Assembly: GCA_039188945.1 (NCBI GenBank)
Contig: JBCCYW010000004.1
Location: 2,313-66,312, forward strand
Direction of reading: 5' to 3'
Length of the DNA: 64,000 nt
Source: Patescibacteria group bacterium
GTDB taxonomy: Bacteria; Patescibacteriota; Minisyncoccia; Phycocordibacterales; UBA918
Shown: positions 10,532-19,179 of the stretch, one piece after another
How the letters are laid out: each line of letters opens with the position of its first letter
Numbering within the stretch: the first letter of the stretch is position 1
Translations under genes and position numbers: made by a program
Notes under the pieces: model-generated
What the model was told of the DNA's origin: nothing
Database searches by the model: none
The model's input: only the letters and a program-made list of their open reading frames with translations

Positions 10532-10614
10532 TGCGGGCGAGAGGACTTGAGCCTTTGAAACAGTTTGGGGAACTGTTTCAAAGTTGCCCTAGTGCCTCTG
10601 GAAACTTTGCATTG
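10532..10614 (-). mobile_element. Miniature insert with duplicated tRNA-Leu(TAG) 3' end
   Basis: TGCGGGCGAGAGGACTTGA 10532-10550 = 10615-10633; hairpin CTTTGAAACAGTTT-GGG-GAACTGTTTCAAAG. Confidence 0.6.
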
Positions 10615-10696
10615 TGCGGGCGAGAGGACTTGAACCTCCACGAGTTACCTCACTAGTGCCTAAAACTAGCGCGTCTACCAATTCCGCCACACCCGC
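10615..10696 (-). tRNA. tRNA-Leu(TAG)
   Basis: GCGGGTGTGGCGGAATTGGTAGACGCG; anticodon arm CTAGT-TTTAGGC-ACTAG; variable arm. Confidence 0.96.
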
Positions 10697-10729
10697 ATTT
10701 GTAACTGCACAAGTATACACTTGTACGTG

Positions 10730-10802
10730 TCCACCCACTAGGGCTCGAACCTAGGACCGTCTGCTTAAGAGGCAGCTGCTCTACCAACTGAGCTATGGGT
10801 GG
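10730..10802 (-). tRNA. tRNA-Lys(CTT)
   Basis: CCACCCATAGCTCAGTTGGTAGAGC; loop CTCTTAA; GGTTCGAGCCC. Confidence 0.93.
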
Positions 10803-10860
10803 ATATATAAATTGTGCGCCCGAGTTTACCGTAAAGCCTGTTGTAAAACAAGACGCATTG

Positions 10861-10946
10861 TGCCGGGAGCGGGACTTGAACCCGCACGCCGTTTGAAAGG
10901 CAGGGGATTTTAAGTCCCCCGTGTCTACCGATTCCACCATCCCGGC
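10861..10946 (-). tRNA. tRNA-Leu(TAA)
   Basis: GCCGGGATGGTGGAATCGGTAGACAC; arm GGGGA-CTTAAAA-TCCCC. Confidence 0.96.
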
Positions 10947-11044
10947 AAAGGATGACTGGTGTATTTTGTCTCGACACAGGAGACTTACAGTCCCCGCAGT
11001 TTGTGTCCCACACAATCCTGCCTACCGATTCCACCATCCCGGCA
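10947..11044 (-). mobile_element. Miniature insert with duplicated tRNA-Leu(TAA) 5' end
   Basis: 23 bp CTACCGATTCCACCATCCCGGCA 11022-11044 = 10925-10947; GGG-loop and GTA-loop hairpins between. Confidence 0.6.
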
Positions 11045-11114
11045 TGGAAGTGTGCGCAGCATAATAGCATAATTACTTGGTGAAAAAAGGCTCAAATGCT
11101 ACAGTATCGCTTAC

Positions 11115-11197
11115 GGCCAGGTGGCGAAGTAGATAGAGTGTGCTGGGAGCAGACTCTATCTGAGGTCTTAGACCGAATCGTTATCTGGCTGAAAGTT
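11115..11197 (+). mobile_element. Miniature insert with duplicated tRNA-Cys 5' end
   Basis: GGCCAGGTGGCGAAGT 11115-11130 = 11198-11213; hairpin AGATAGAGTGTGCT-GGG-AGCAGACTCTATCT. Confidence 0.6.
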
Positions 11198-11269
11198 GGC
11201 CAGGTGGCGAAGTGGTAACGCTTCGGTCTGCAAAACCGACATGCACGGGTTCGATTCCCGTCCTGGCCT
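11198..11269 (+). tRNA. tRNA-Cys(GCA)
   Basis: Anticodon arm TCGGT-CTGCAAA-ACCGA; U73 discriminator. Confidence 0.96.
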
Positions 11270-11273
11270 CAGA

Positions 11274-11692
11274 CTAATTAATCAAATCTGCCTGCTTGAG
11301 GTCCTCAAGCACTTCTCGATACACATAGGCAATATCTTCTTTCATAGCCTGCTCATAGGTAAACCACCCATAGTCCTGGATCTCAGATTCTTGCAGCGCT
11401 ACTTCTCCAGACCATGAACCAAGAAACACTAATGCAAACGCTCGCTTGTTAGCAGACTTGCTTTCATAAAAATAAAACTTCTTTCTCGGAACAAAATCTA
11501 AGCCAGCCTCTTCTTTCACTTCCCTAATGACAGCCGCTTCGACCGACTCATCAGTCTCTTCTATCCCTCCAGCGGGAAATGTCCAGTGGTTGGGATAATT
11601 TTAGAATCTGCTGAGCGCTTAAGCAGCAGTATCTTGCTCTCACCATTAGTAATCACTGCAGAAGCAGCGACTCGTGATAATTTATAGTTCAT
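11274..11692 (-). pseudogene. Nudix hydrolase with a single frameshift
   Basis: MNYKLSRVAASAVITNGESKILLLKRSADSK in one frame; YPNHWTFPAGGIEETDESVEAAVIREVKEEAG (Nudix box) in another; shift at A4 run ~11599-11602. Confidence 0.8.
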
Positions 11693-11711
11693 TCAACAAT
11701 TCTACTTGATA

Positions 11712-12743
11712 TTACGACAGCTTCGGGCGGAGTCTCCCCTTCTTAAACTGCGTGGGCCGGAAGTAGCGGTTGTAGTAGCGCGCGTAGGTTTTCTTAACTG
11801 GTTCAGGCAGCTGATCAAAGTAGTAGCAGTAGGTTGAACAATAACCTTTCTTTTTTGCCATACACTCGTCGCAACCAATGAAGAGCGTGTGGCAGACTTC
11901 GTTTTTGCAGTGATAGTGTGTGTCCGCTTTATTCTTATTACAGAGGTGACAAGTCGCAATCACTTCATTGCCAATCCGCTCACCTAAGCGCTCATCAAAT
12001 ACAAAGTTTTTGCCTTTAAATTTGTTTTCTAGTCCTTGTTCTTCTACCTGGTGTTTGTAGTCGATGATACCGCCTTTGAGGTGCCGCACGTCTTTAAAAC
12101 CATTGTGCTTCAGCCACGCACTGGCTTTCTCGCAGCGAATCCCGCCAGTGCAGTAGAGAGCTACTTTTTTATTTTTATGTTCTTCTAGCAGCTGTGGCGC
12201 TACGGCTAATTCTTCTTTAAAAGTATCTACCTCAGGAGTGACGGCTCCTTCAAACCGCCCTACTTCGCTCTCGTAAGCATTACGCATATCAACCACAACA
12301 GCGTCTGGATCGTCGACATAGTCGTTCATCTCCTGAGCGGTTAGATATTCCCCAGTGTTTGTGACATCAAAGGAATCATCATCAAGACCGTCAGCAACAA
12401 TTTTATCTTTCACTTTGATAGTGAGTTTGTAGAATGATGGTGCCCCGCCTTCTTCCACCGCGATTTTGTATGGCACACCTGACAATTCTGGTTGCGCTTG
12501 TACCCACATATCAAACTGCTCCCAGTTATCGGTCGGGACGTTCATTTGGGCGTTAATACCCTCTGCAGCAACGTAGATCCGACCGAGACAACCCAAATCA
12601 CCCCAGGTCTTTAGGAGACGATTTCTAAAAGCGGCTGGGTCACTGAGCTTTACATAGCGATAAAACGACACTGTGGTGCGTTTGATACCATCGGTAGCTA
12701 TTTCGACTCGTTTTTCTTCCCGACTGCGTAAGTCTCGTTTCAT
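11712..12743 (-). CDS. trhO: Rhodanese-related tRNA hydroxylase TrhO/YceA
   Basis: GRIYVAAEGINAQ, DMRNAYE, YCTGGIRCEKAS, GKNFVFDER. Confidence 0.92.
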   Translation of the reverse strand: MKRDLRSREEKRVEIATDGIKRTTVSFYRYVKLSDPAAFRNRLLKTWGDLGCLGRIYVAAEGINAQMNVPTDNWEQFDMWVQAQPELSGVPYKIAVEEGGAPSFYKLTIKVKDKIVADGLDDDSFDVTNTGEYLTAQEMNDYVDDPDAVVVDMRNAYESEVGRFEGAVTPEVDTFKEELAVAPQLLEEHKNKKVALYCTGGIRCEKASAWLKHNGFKDVRHLKGGIIDYKHQVEEQGLENKFKGKNFVFDERLGERIGNEVIATCHLCNKNKADTHYHCKNEVCHTLFIGCDECMAKKKGYCSTYCYYFDQLPEPVKKTYARYYNRYFRPTQFKKGRLRPKLS

Positions 12744-12998
12744 ACTTTTTGTGAGCAAAATCATACCAGCTGGGCGCTGGCTACGCCAGCGCCCAGACAC
12801 ACTCTCATCCTATTTCAGCCATATTTACAAAGCCAGATTAGAGGGTTAAAACTTGACTTTTAATTGATTTTGTGATATTATTAAAAGTGGGATGGGGGTA
12901 CTATACCCCGACCGTGCGGTCGGGCAATGGTGCCCACCATAAATAGTTCGCGGCTCGGGCTTTCATCCTCGCCGCCTTGAAAATAGAAAGGAAAACGC

Positions 12999-14612
12999 AT
13001 GCAGCGGTTTCTTGATCTACTCAAAACAATCGGAGAAAATTTCGGACCCTCCATTGTGAGGGCCTGGAGTCTTCTATCTTCGTTCGTTTCAAGTGCTTGG
13101 GCAGGTGTCACCTCCCAGTATAAAAACCTCGAACAGATCAAAATGGAGGTGTTGATGAAATATCTCAAATTTACCCTCTTTGCAGGGCTGCTGGTAGCGC
13201 TCGCGTTCGTCGTTGGCACCTACCATGTACTGATCCTGGAATGGATTCAAGAGAACCCAGAACTCGCAATCGCACTATCTATTGCAATGGCAACAATCCT
13301 TGGTGTCTGGTTCTTGTGGTTCCGAAAAGAAAACGGACCAGATACACCTCAACAAGAAGATTCGGTTACAAAACCTGAGGAGAAAATCATGAAACTTCCC
13401 ATAACGGGTGGCGTCATGATTGTCGCCCTTGAACTACTGATCACCAGTGTTGGGACAATTGCTATTTCTCTCTATGAGACTGGCAAACTTCTCCCTCCAG
13501 CAATGGAGTGGTCTGCAGAGCTTAGCTTGGCAAACGTCTGGCTGATTCTGGGACTAGTCTACACTGGAGCGAGCTTTCGTTTCGACCAACTGATCCAAGC
13601 TGACCAACTCGCGGTTCGTACTATCTTTGGTCGTCCGACTGACGTCATGAGTTCTGGTGTTCCGATTCTGCCGCCAGGCATCGGAGATCAAATCGTACTT
13701 CCCACTGACGTGATCCAGGATGAACATCCTGGAGAACCTGAAAAGATCTTTAGAAATGAAGATCAGCAAGCGGTCCCTGACGGTATGGTGCCCCCGTTTC
13801 GAGTCACCTTCGGAGCTGCTATCAGTGAAGATGCAGCAAGGAATATGTTCAAAGACGAGTTCTCTGTTACTGACAGATACGGTAGAGAGATCGAGTTTAA
13901 AGCGGAGGTTGAAGAGGATCTGTTGTCCAAACGGGTAACTGGTGAAGTCGTGACAGTTTCACGCTACAGAATCGTGGAAGCGATTCCGTTTGTGAAATTT
14001 ATCGGAGGCACCAAACAGGCGAGTGGGCAAATTGAAGACGAAATCTTTGGAGTGGTTCAACGAATCTATCCGAAGATTAGTCTGGCGCAAGCTCTGCAAA
14101 ATATTGATTGGATGAATGCCATTCTTTATGAAGCAGCGAAACGGCGAGTAAGTGCTGTTGATGGTCGTCAAGCATGGGGTATTGATATTGAGGACGCGTT
14201 TGTCAAATCACTACCTCAGAGCCACAGCCTCAACAACTCTATCCAGAGTATTGCTGAAACCGAAGCTGATGCCGTAAACCGAGAAAGACTTGCCGAAACC
14301 GATCGTGTTGAGCGGGAAAAGGCCGGTCAAGGTGACGCAGCTGCAGAACAAGCACTGCTGGAAGCACGTGGTGATGGGTACCATTACATTGCTATAAAAA
14401 CTCGTGTTAAGGGTGCAGAACTTGCTCAACGGACTGATGCGGCACGTCAACTTGCTGAGGCAGGTAATGTTATTGTAACGGACGGAAACGGTGCCACCGG
14501 GTCACTTTTGGGTCTGATCACTGCGGGCGCAGCTGTTGCTAACCGAGAAAAGATCTCGGGCAACAGTCAGTTGCCCGAGGGAGAAACAAACCTAAACGAA
14601 AGTGAGAACTGA
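12999..14612 (+). CDS. SPFH/band-7-like membrane protein with N-terminal TM extension
   Basis: Several TMs, FG.P...SG, WGIDIEDAFVK, A..EAEA coiled coil, G.G.A.A; own TTGACT..TATTAT promoter. Confidence 0.7.
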   Translation: MQRFLDLLKTIGENFGPSIVRAWSLLSSFVSSAWAGVTSQYKNLEQIKMEVLMKYLKFTLFAGLLVALAFVVGTYHVLILEWIQENPELAIALSIAMATILGVWFLWFRKENGPDTPQQEDSVTKPEEKIMKLPITGGVMIVALELLITSVGTIAISLYETGKLLPPAMEWSAELSLANVWLILGLVYTGASFRFDQLIQADQLAVRTIFGRPTDVMSSGVPILPPGIGDQIVLPTDVIQDEHPGEPEKIFRNEDQQAVPDGMVPPFRVTFGAAISEDAARNMFKDEFSVTDRYGREIEFKAEVEEDLLSKRVTGEVVTVSRYRIVEAIPFVKFIGGTKQASGQIEDEIFGVVQRIYPKISLAQALQNIDWMNAILYEAAKRRVSAVDGRQAWGIDIEDAFVKSLPQSHSLNNSIQSIAETEADAVNRERLAETDRVEREKAGQGDAAAEQALLEARGDGYHYIAIKTRVKGAELAQRTDAARQLAEAGNVIVTDGNGATGSLLGLITAGAAVANREKISGNSQLPEGETNLNESEN

Positions 14613-15448
14613 TGTACACACTTCTTGTTGTAGTAGCTATAGTTGGTGGAATATGGCTACTACGGAGACCTCAAGCTGAACCAGCCGCGGCTCCAAAGCG
14701 CACCACTGAGAGTGCTGGCGAGAAAAGAACTGTCGAAGGTTACTTTCCTAGCAACATCATGAGTTCCATATTACCTGGTCAGGTGATTATTGGAGTAGCG
14801 ATACTTGTCCTTGCTTTAGCGCTTTTCTTCGGTGACCAGAACACTGGCATCTTTGAAAAGATTAGCGATTGGAAGATCTGGGAGGATCCTATTTTTCTCC
14901 TGATCAGCCTCATAGCTACTCTAGGCTTTGTTGGAGCTCATACAACAGCCGGACAAGGAACTGAGCTTGTAAAGGTGGCTCGCTGGGTATATCGGGTTTC
15001 GCTCGGTGTTCTGCTTCTGTATAGCGTCACTTGGTTCTTCGAGTCTAAAAAAGTTGAAGACCCAGTGAAACTAACTCTCGAAGCTGTCACTGCCTGCGCT
15101 CAAGATCGGAACCAATGTCCTAGTATCAATCTATTCGGAACTGATCAGTCAAACAAGACCACCAATCATGTTGTTTCGGCCAATCGAGTACCCACTCTGG
15201 CCGACTACGACCGTAGGGTCACAATCGGTGCCGATCCGGTTGGGTTCCGGATCGCCAACTCAGGTGGATGCGTGTTCGCACAGAAGGTCAGCGGTGGCAA
15301 CATCTTTGCCGAAGCGCTGTACCTCAACGAGACGCAGCGGGCAGCTGGGAAGCCGAATGGCTTTGCCTACAGTAGCCCAGATGGTGCTGTAATCAATGTC
15401 AATCGCCATGTCCACAAAGGACAAACCTGGCGGGGTACGACATGCTGA
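14612..15448 (+). CDS. Hypothetical membrane protein
   Basis: TGATG overlap with SPFH gene; 4 hydrophobic segments then soluble Cys-containing tail; terminator ~15493-15530. Confidence 0.75.
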   Translation: MYTLLVVVAIVGGIWLLRRPQAEPAAAPKRTTESAGEKRTVEGYFPSNIMSSILPGQVIIGVAILVLALALFFGDQNTGIFEKISDWKIWEDPIFLLISLIATLGFVGAHTTAGQGTELVKVARWVYRVSLGVLLLYSVTWFFESKKVEDPVKLTLEAVTACAQDRNQCPSINLFGTDQSNKTTNHVVSANRVPTLADYDRRVTIGADPVGFRIANSGGCVFAQKVSGGNIFAEALYLNETQRAAGKPNGFAYSSPDGAVINVNRHVHKGQTWRGTTC

Positions 15449-15539
15449 TCCTTTCGAACTTACGGTGGGCCCCGAAGGGCCCACCCGTGAACTACCGCCC
15501 GCGTGCTACGTGCATGGGGCGGTTTCTTTTTATATAAAT

Positions 15540-15854
15540 CTATCGGTCGAGATTAATACAAGGCGAGCCTGTATTGGTTGTACAATTCTGGAGATTACCT
15601 CCCAACCCAAAGGTGCCCGCAAACACACTCAAGAGTGCATAGGCCGATACCATCACCAAGAGGCCAATAATCCCCCACAACATACGCCGTCTCCCCTCTT
15701 CCCGGGCTGTTTCATTGTTAGCGTTAGCGACAAATAAAAACCCACCCCACAAAAACACAAACAAAGCGACTGTGCTCAAGAGAAAAATAATCGGAAACAG
15801 AATAATTTCATTAAAACGAGCAACAAACTGAAATGCTAAATCCTGACCTGGCAT
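15540..15854 (-). CDS. CPR T4SS/TrbC-VirB2-like pilin
   Basis: FLWGG...GRRRMLWGIIGLLVMVS. Confidence 0.85.
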   Translation of the reverse strand: MPGQDLAFQFVARFNEIILFPIIFLLSTVALFVFLWGGFLFVANANNETAREEGRRRMLWGIIGLLVMVSAYALLSVFAGTFGLGGNLQNCTTNTGSPCINLDR

Positions 15855-15932
15855 TACTACTAAGTGTACCGTAGCTCACCCAAAAACAAACAAACCCCGG
15901 TGGATGCCGGGGTTTGTTTGCTGGACGTGTGG

Positions 15933-16325
15933 TTAATTACCAACGTCAGGTCCTTGTGGAGCGTCAAGTGGACCAGTACCCACTTCAACACCGAAGGCGC
16001 CAGCGATAATGTTGACGAGGCTCCAGAGAGCAACAATCGCCACAAAACCAATGATGGCGTAGAGCATCAGGTTACGACCTTGTGCGCGCTTCTCATCGTC
16101 ACCACCACCAAGGATGAAGTACTGGATAACACCCCAGATAAACACCAATACCGCAAAAGCAATCGCCAATGGGATAAGGAAGTTATTTACGAGGTTAACG
16201 AGAGCTTCAATAAGCTGACCAAAGGTTCCAGTTTCACCTTGTAGCAAACCACTCTGCGCAAACACCAATACAGGTAGGAAAGCAAACAGACTTACCGCAC
16301 CTTTTACAATATTAATTTTAGACAT
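15933..16325 (-). CDS. CPR T4SS/TrbC-VirB2-like pilin
   Basis: Signal peptide (PVLVFAQ); FIWGVIQY...GRNLMLYAIIGFVAIVALW. Confidence 0.88.
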   Translation of the reverse strand: MSKINIVKGAVSLFAFLPVLVFAQSGLLQGETGTFGQLIEALVNLVNNFLIPLAIAFAVLVFIWGVIQYFILGGGDDEKRAQGRNLMLYAIIGFVAIVALWSLVNIIAGAFGVEVGTGPLDAPQGPDVGN

Positions 16326-16417
16326 AAATACGTTATACATTACTAATCAGTAACTTCCTGTGATTATACAAGAAAAAGCTGATTTTACCAGAGCATCTCT
16401 CCCCTCTGTGCATAACT

Positions 16418-16666
16418 CTAGCCAAATAAGCTGCGGCGCAAAAAGCCGATAATTGCCCACACACTCAGCATAATGACAATCACAATAATGCCTACCAGAG
16501 CGGTGTTTTGTCCCTCCTGGACCTTCGTAGCGTCTCCACCATTAAGGATCCACGCATCGATTAAGCGCCATATGAAATAGATTATGGTGAGGGTGATGAG
16601 TACCGGAATAGCGGTATTGATAAGGTTGATGAAAATTTGGATCAGCTCAGCAAATGTAGTAGGCAT
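16418..16666 (-). CDS. CPR pilin-like protein
   Basis: FIW...GQNTALVGIIVIVIMLSVWAII. Confidence 0.8.
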   Translation of the reverse strand: MPTTFAELIQIFINLINTAIPVLITLTIIYFIWRLIDAWILNGGDATKVQEGQNTALVGIIVIVIMLSVWAIIGFLRRSLFG

Positions 16667-16678
16667 ACTAAAAATTAA

Positions 16679-17191
16679 CTAGCGTTGAAACTCAGTAACG
16701 ACATTCTCGATAATAGCTATAATCGCCTCAGCGCCGAGAATAATCACTCCACCAATCACGGCGTAGAGGAGGGCTCGCTGGGCTTCTTCAATCTGGCTGG
16801 AATTACCTTGGGCCATAACATATTTGAAGCCAGCATAAATAATGAAGAAGACGATGATCGGCACCATCAGAATCACTACAATATTGAGGATAGCGACCAA
16901 CAGACCTTCGAGCGAGCCGACGGTGAGGGGGTTACAGAGACGACTTGTGGTATCGCAGGGAGCAGTACCTCCGCCTCCACCAACAACGGGATTGTCTCCG
17001 CCTCCGCCTCCCAAGACTGGATTATCGCCCCCACCTCCTCCTAGAACTGGATTGTCGCCAGGACATGCAACCTCGTCTCCAAAAGGATCGAAACAGACTG
17101 CTGCCGCAGGTTCGGGCGTTATTAAGTAGAAACCAATACTTACTACTATGGTTACTGCGAGTACTATGACCTGACGAAACGTAACTGACAT
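16679..17191 (-). CDS. CPR pilin with GGGGGDNPV repeats
   Basis: LCNPL, IIYAGFKYVMAQGN...A..ALLYAVIGG; three 30-bp repeats ~16968-17060. Confidence 0.85.
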   Translation of the reverse strand: MSVTFRQVIVLAVTIVVSIGFYLITPEPAAAVCFDPFGDEVACPGDNPVLGGGGGDNPVLGGGGGDNPVVGGGGGTAPCDTTSRLCNPLTVGSLEGLLVAILNIVVILMVPIIVFFIIYAGFKYVMAQGNSSQIEEAQRALLYAVIGGVIILGAEAIIAIIENVVTEFQR

Positions 17192-17192
17192 A

Positions 17193-18518
17193 CTAGTATC
17201 CATTGCTAATACTAAACATAATAGCACGCACCGCCTCACTCACGCTGCTGCGGTTAGAAAGAATATCCTCTACCCCATCCGCAAAAGCTTCTGTCGCCAC
17301 AATTGGCTCTGGTGAAAGCCACCCAAACGCCGCAATCGCTGCACGATAGCGAATCTGCTCAATTGGGTTAAATGAGCCAGCAGTGAGCAGATCGCGGCGC
17401 GCTGGTGCCATAGACAAACTACTTGAGAAAAGTGAGAGCTGCTGTGGGCGACTAGCGATAGTTCTAATCGCTGCCAGCGCGCCGTTTTGATTCTGTGAAG
17501 CACGTAAGATTGCCAATCCATAGTAATCACCATAGGTACGCCGAACACTTGTACCCGCGGCCTGCGGAACTTCAGCAATATCAAAGTTAAGGTTTGGATT
17601 CAAGCGAGCAAGGTTGTCGTACTCACTTCCCAACCCCAAGTAGACAGCGAGATCACCAGCCGCAAAGGCGTTGGTATCTTGTGCCTGAACCCGATTCCAT
17701 GAATAGAGCGGGTTATTTACGGTCGAGAAGCTGGTAAAAAACTCTAGCGCACTGGTGAGCGGCCGCTGGACATTGGCGTTAACTGAACGATCAAGACTTA
17801 CCTGATAGGTACGACCATCTTCAAGCACCATCTGACTACCGCCCTGCAGTAAGAGCGTGCTCACAATCGCAAACGCGTTGGTAATATTACTGAATTCACC
17901 CAGCGCAATCGGACTCAATAAAATATTTCGATTAAAATCACGAACAACGACAGTTGGTACTACATCACCAACAATTTCTTCCCAGGTCCGCGGTGCAGCC
18001 GCGAAGTTATTGGCTGAAAAAATATCTCGATTCCAATACATAACCAAAGGATCAACCGCCAGCGGGGTGGCGTAAATACCATCTGAAAGTGTGAATATTT
18101 CTGCACCGTCAGCGTAGGTATCGAGATGGGTTCGTTGGTCGTACCCTGGAATTTGGCTATCGTACGGAATCGGAGTGATTTTCGTGCGTAGGTTCGCTAA
18201 CTCAGTATGTGGAATCAAAACTACATCTGGCGATCGCCCTTCAGCAATAGCATCGACCAACTCAGCCACAAAGGTTCGTTCGTCTAGCTGGCGATAGCTC
18301 ACCACCTGAAAATCTTCGACTTCAGCCCGAATATCTTGAATCATCTTATTGACAACCTGACGATCAAGCGTGCCCCAAATCTGTACCTGGTTGCCAAACA
18401 CTGGCGCATCAGTTTGCGATGATGGCTGGTAGGTTACAAACAGCACACCGCCAACAAACATCAGCACCACAAAAATGGCTATGAGGGCTATTTGAAATGG
18501 TCGAGGGCCGCTTTGCAT
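17193..18518 (-). CDS. Extracellular solute-binding protein (sugar ABC SBP-like), membrane anchored
   Basis: N-terminal TM, IWGT, AIAEGRSPD, PLAVDPLVMYWNRDIF, F..G.LA.Y.G. Confidence 0.85.
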   Translation of the reverse strand: MQSGPRPFQIALIAIFVVLMFVGGVLFVTYQPSSQTDAPVFGNQVQIWGTLDRQVVNKMIQDIRAEVEDFQVVSYRQLDERTFVAELVDAIAEGRSPDVVLIPHTELANLRTKITPIPYDSQIPGYDQRTHLDTYADGAEIFTLSDGIYATPLAVDPLVMYWNRDIFSANNFAAAPRTWEEIVGDVVPTVVVRDFNRNILLSPIALGEFSNITNAFAIVSTLLLQGGSQMVLEDGRTYQVSLDRSVNANVQRPLTSALEFFTSFSTVNNPLYSWNRVQAQDTNAFAAGDLAVYLGLGSEYDNLARLNPNLNFDIAEVPQAAGTSVRRTYGDYYGLAILRASQNQNGALAAIRTIASRPQQLSLFSSSLSMAPARRDLLTAGSFNPIEQIRYRAAIAAFGWLSPEPIVATEAFADGVEDILSNRSSVSEAVRAIMFSISNGY

Positions 18519-18521
18519 AGA

Positions 18522-19073
18522 TTATAGTTTTCGATAGGCGTGCGCGAAGTGATGATCGCCAGCATCATAACCGCGTTCAAACAAAAAGCCGTGTGACTCA
18601 AAATGTGCCTTTGTAGTCTCAGGATCAACCACCTGCTCTGGATGCGGGCCAAGACCACCAAACGATTCCGTCCAGTCAACGACATGAAGGATGCCACCTG
18701 GCCGCAGCGTACGATGAATTTCCTTAATAGCTACTTCTTTATTTTCAAACTGAAAAAATGTATTGATCAGTAACCCAACGTCTAGAGTATTGTCTGAAAT
18801 CCTAATGCCGCCCGCTGCTTCCAAGTCGCACCAAAGAGGGTCAATGTTCATTAAACCCTGACTCCGGGCCACATCACCGAGTTTCTCAACCAGCTGTTTT
18901 TGGATCTCACAGGCGTACACCCGGCCACTTGCACCAACACCAGCCGAGAGCACTCTCAAAAAGTAGCCACTGCCGGCGCCGAAATCAGCCGCCACGTCAC
19001 CTTCTTTAAGATGAAAATGTGTAACAATTTTTTCTGGAATCACAAAGCGTCCCGTCGGCATTGGGATATTCAT
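18522..19073 (-). CDS. Class I SAM-dependent methyltransferase
   Basis: VAADFGAGSGYF, GRVYACEI, RTLRPGG.L.VVDW. Confidence 0.9.
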   Translation of the reverse strand: MNIPMPTGRFVIPEKIVTHFHLKEGDVAADFGAGSGYFLRVLSAGVGASGRVYACEIQKQLVEKLGDVARSQGLMNIDPLWCDLEAAGGIRISDNTLDVGLLINTFFQFENKEVAIKEIHRTLRPGGILHVVDWTESFGGLGPHPEQVVDPETTKAHFESHGFLFERGYDAGDHHFAHAYRKL

Positions 19074-19124
19074 ATATATAAAGTATACCTCTCAGTCTAG
19101 TTTGGAGTTATTGACGAGGTGGAT

Positions 19125-19165
19125 AGAAAGCGGCCCGGATCATAAAATGATCCGGGCCGCTTTCT
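19125..19165. terminator. Terminator hairpin after gyrA
   Basis: AGAAAGCGGCCCGGATCAT-AAA-ATGATCCGGGCCGCTTTCT. Confidence 0.75.
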
Positions 19166-19179
19166 CCTAGTGTGTCTTT

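Noticed and set aside
16968-17060. 30-bp repeats as a CRISPR array
   Set aside because: They are in-frame coding repeats with synonymous variation; there are no spacers or cas genes.
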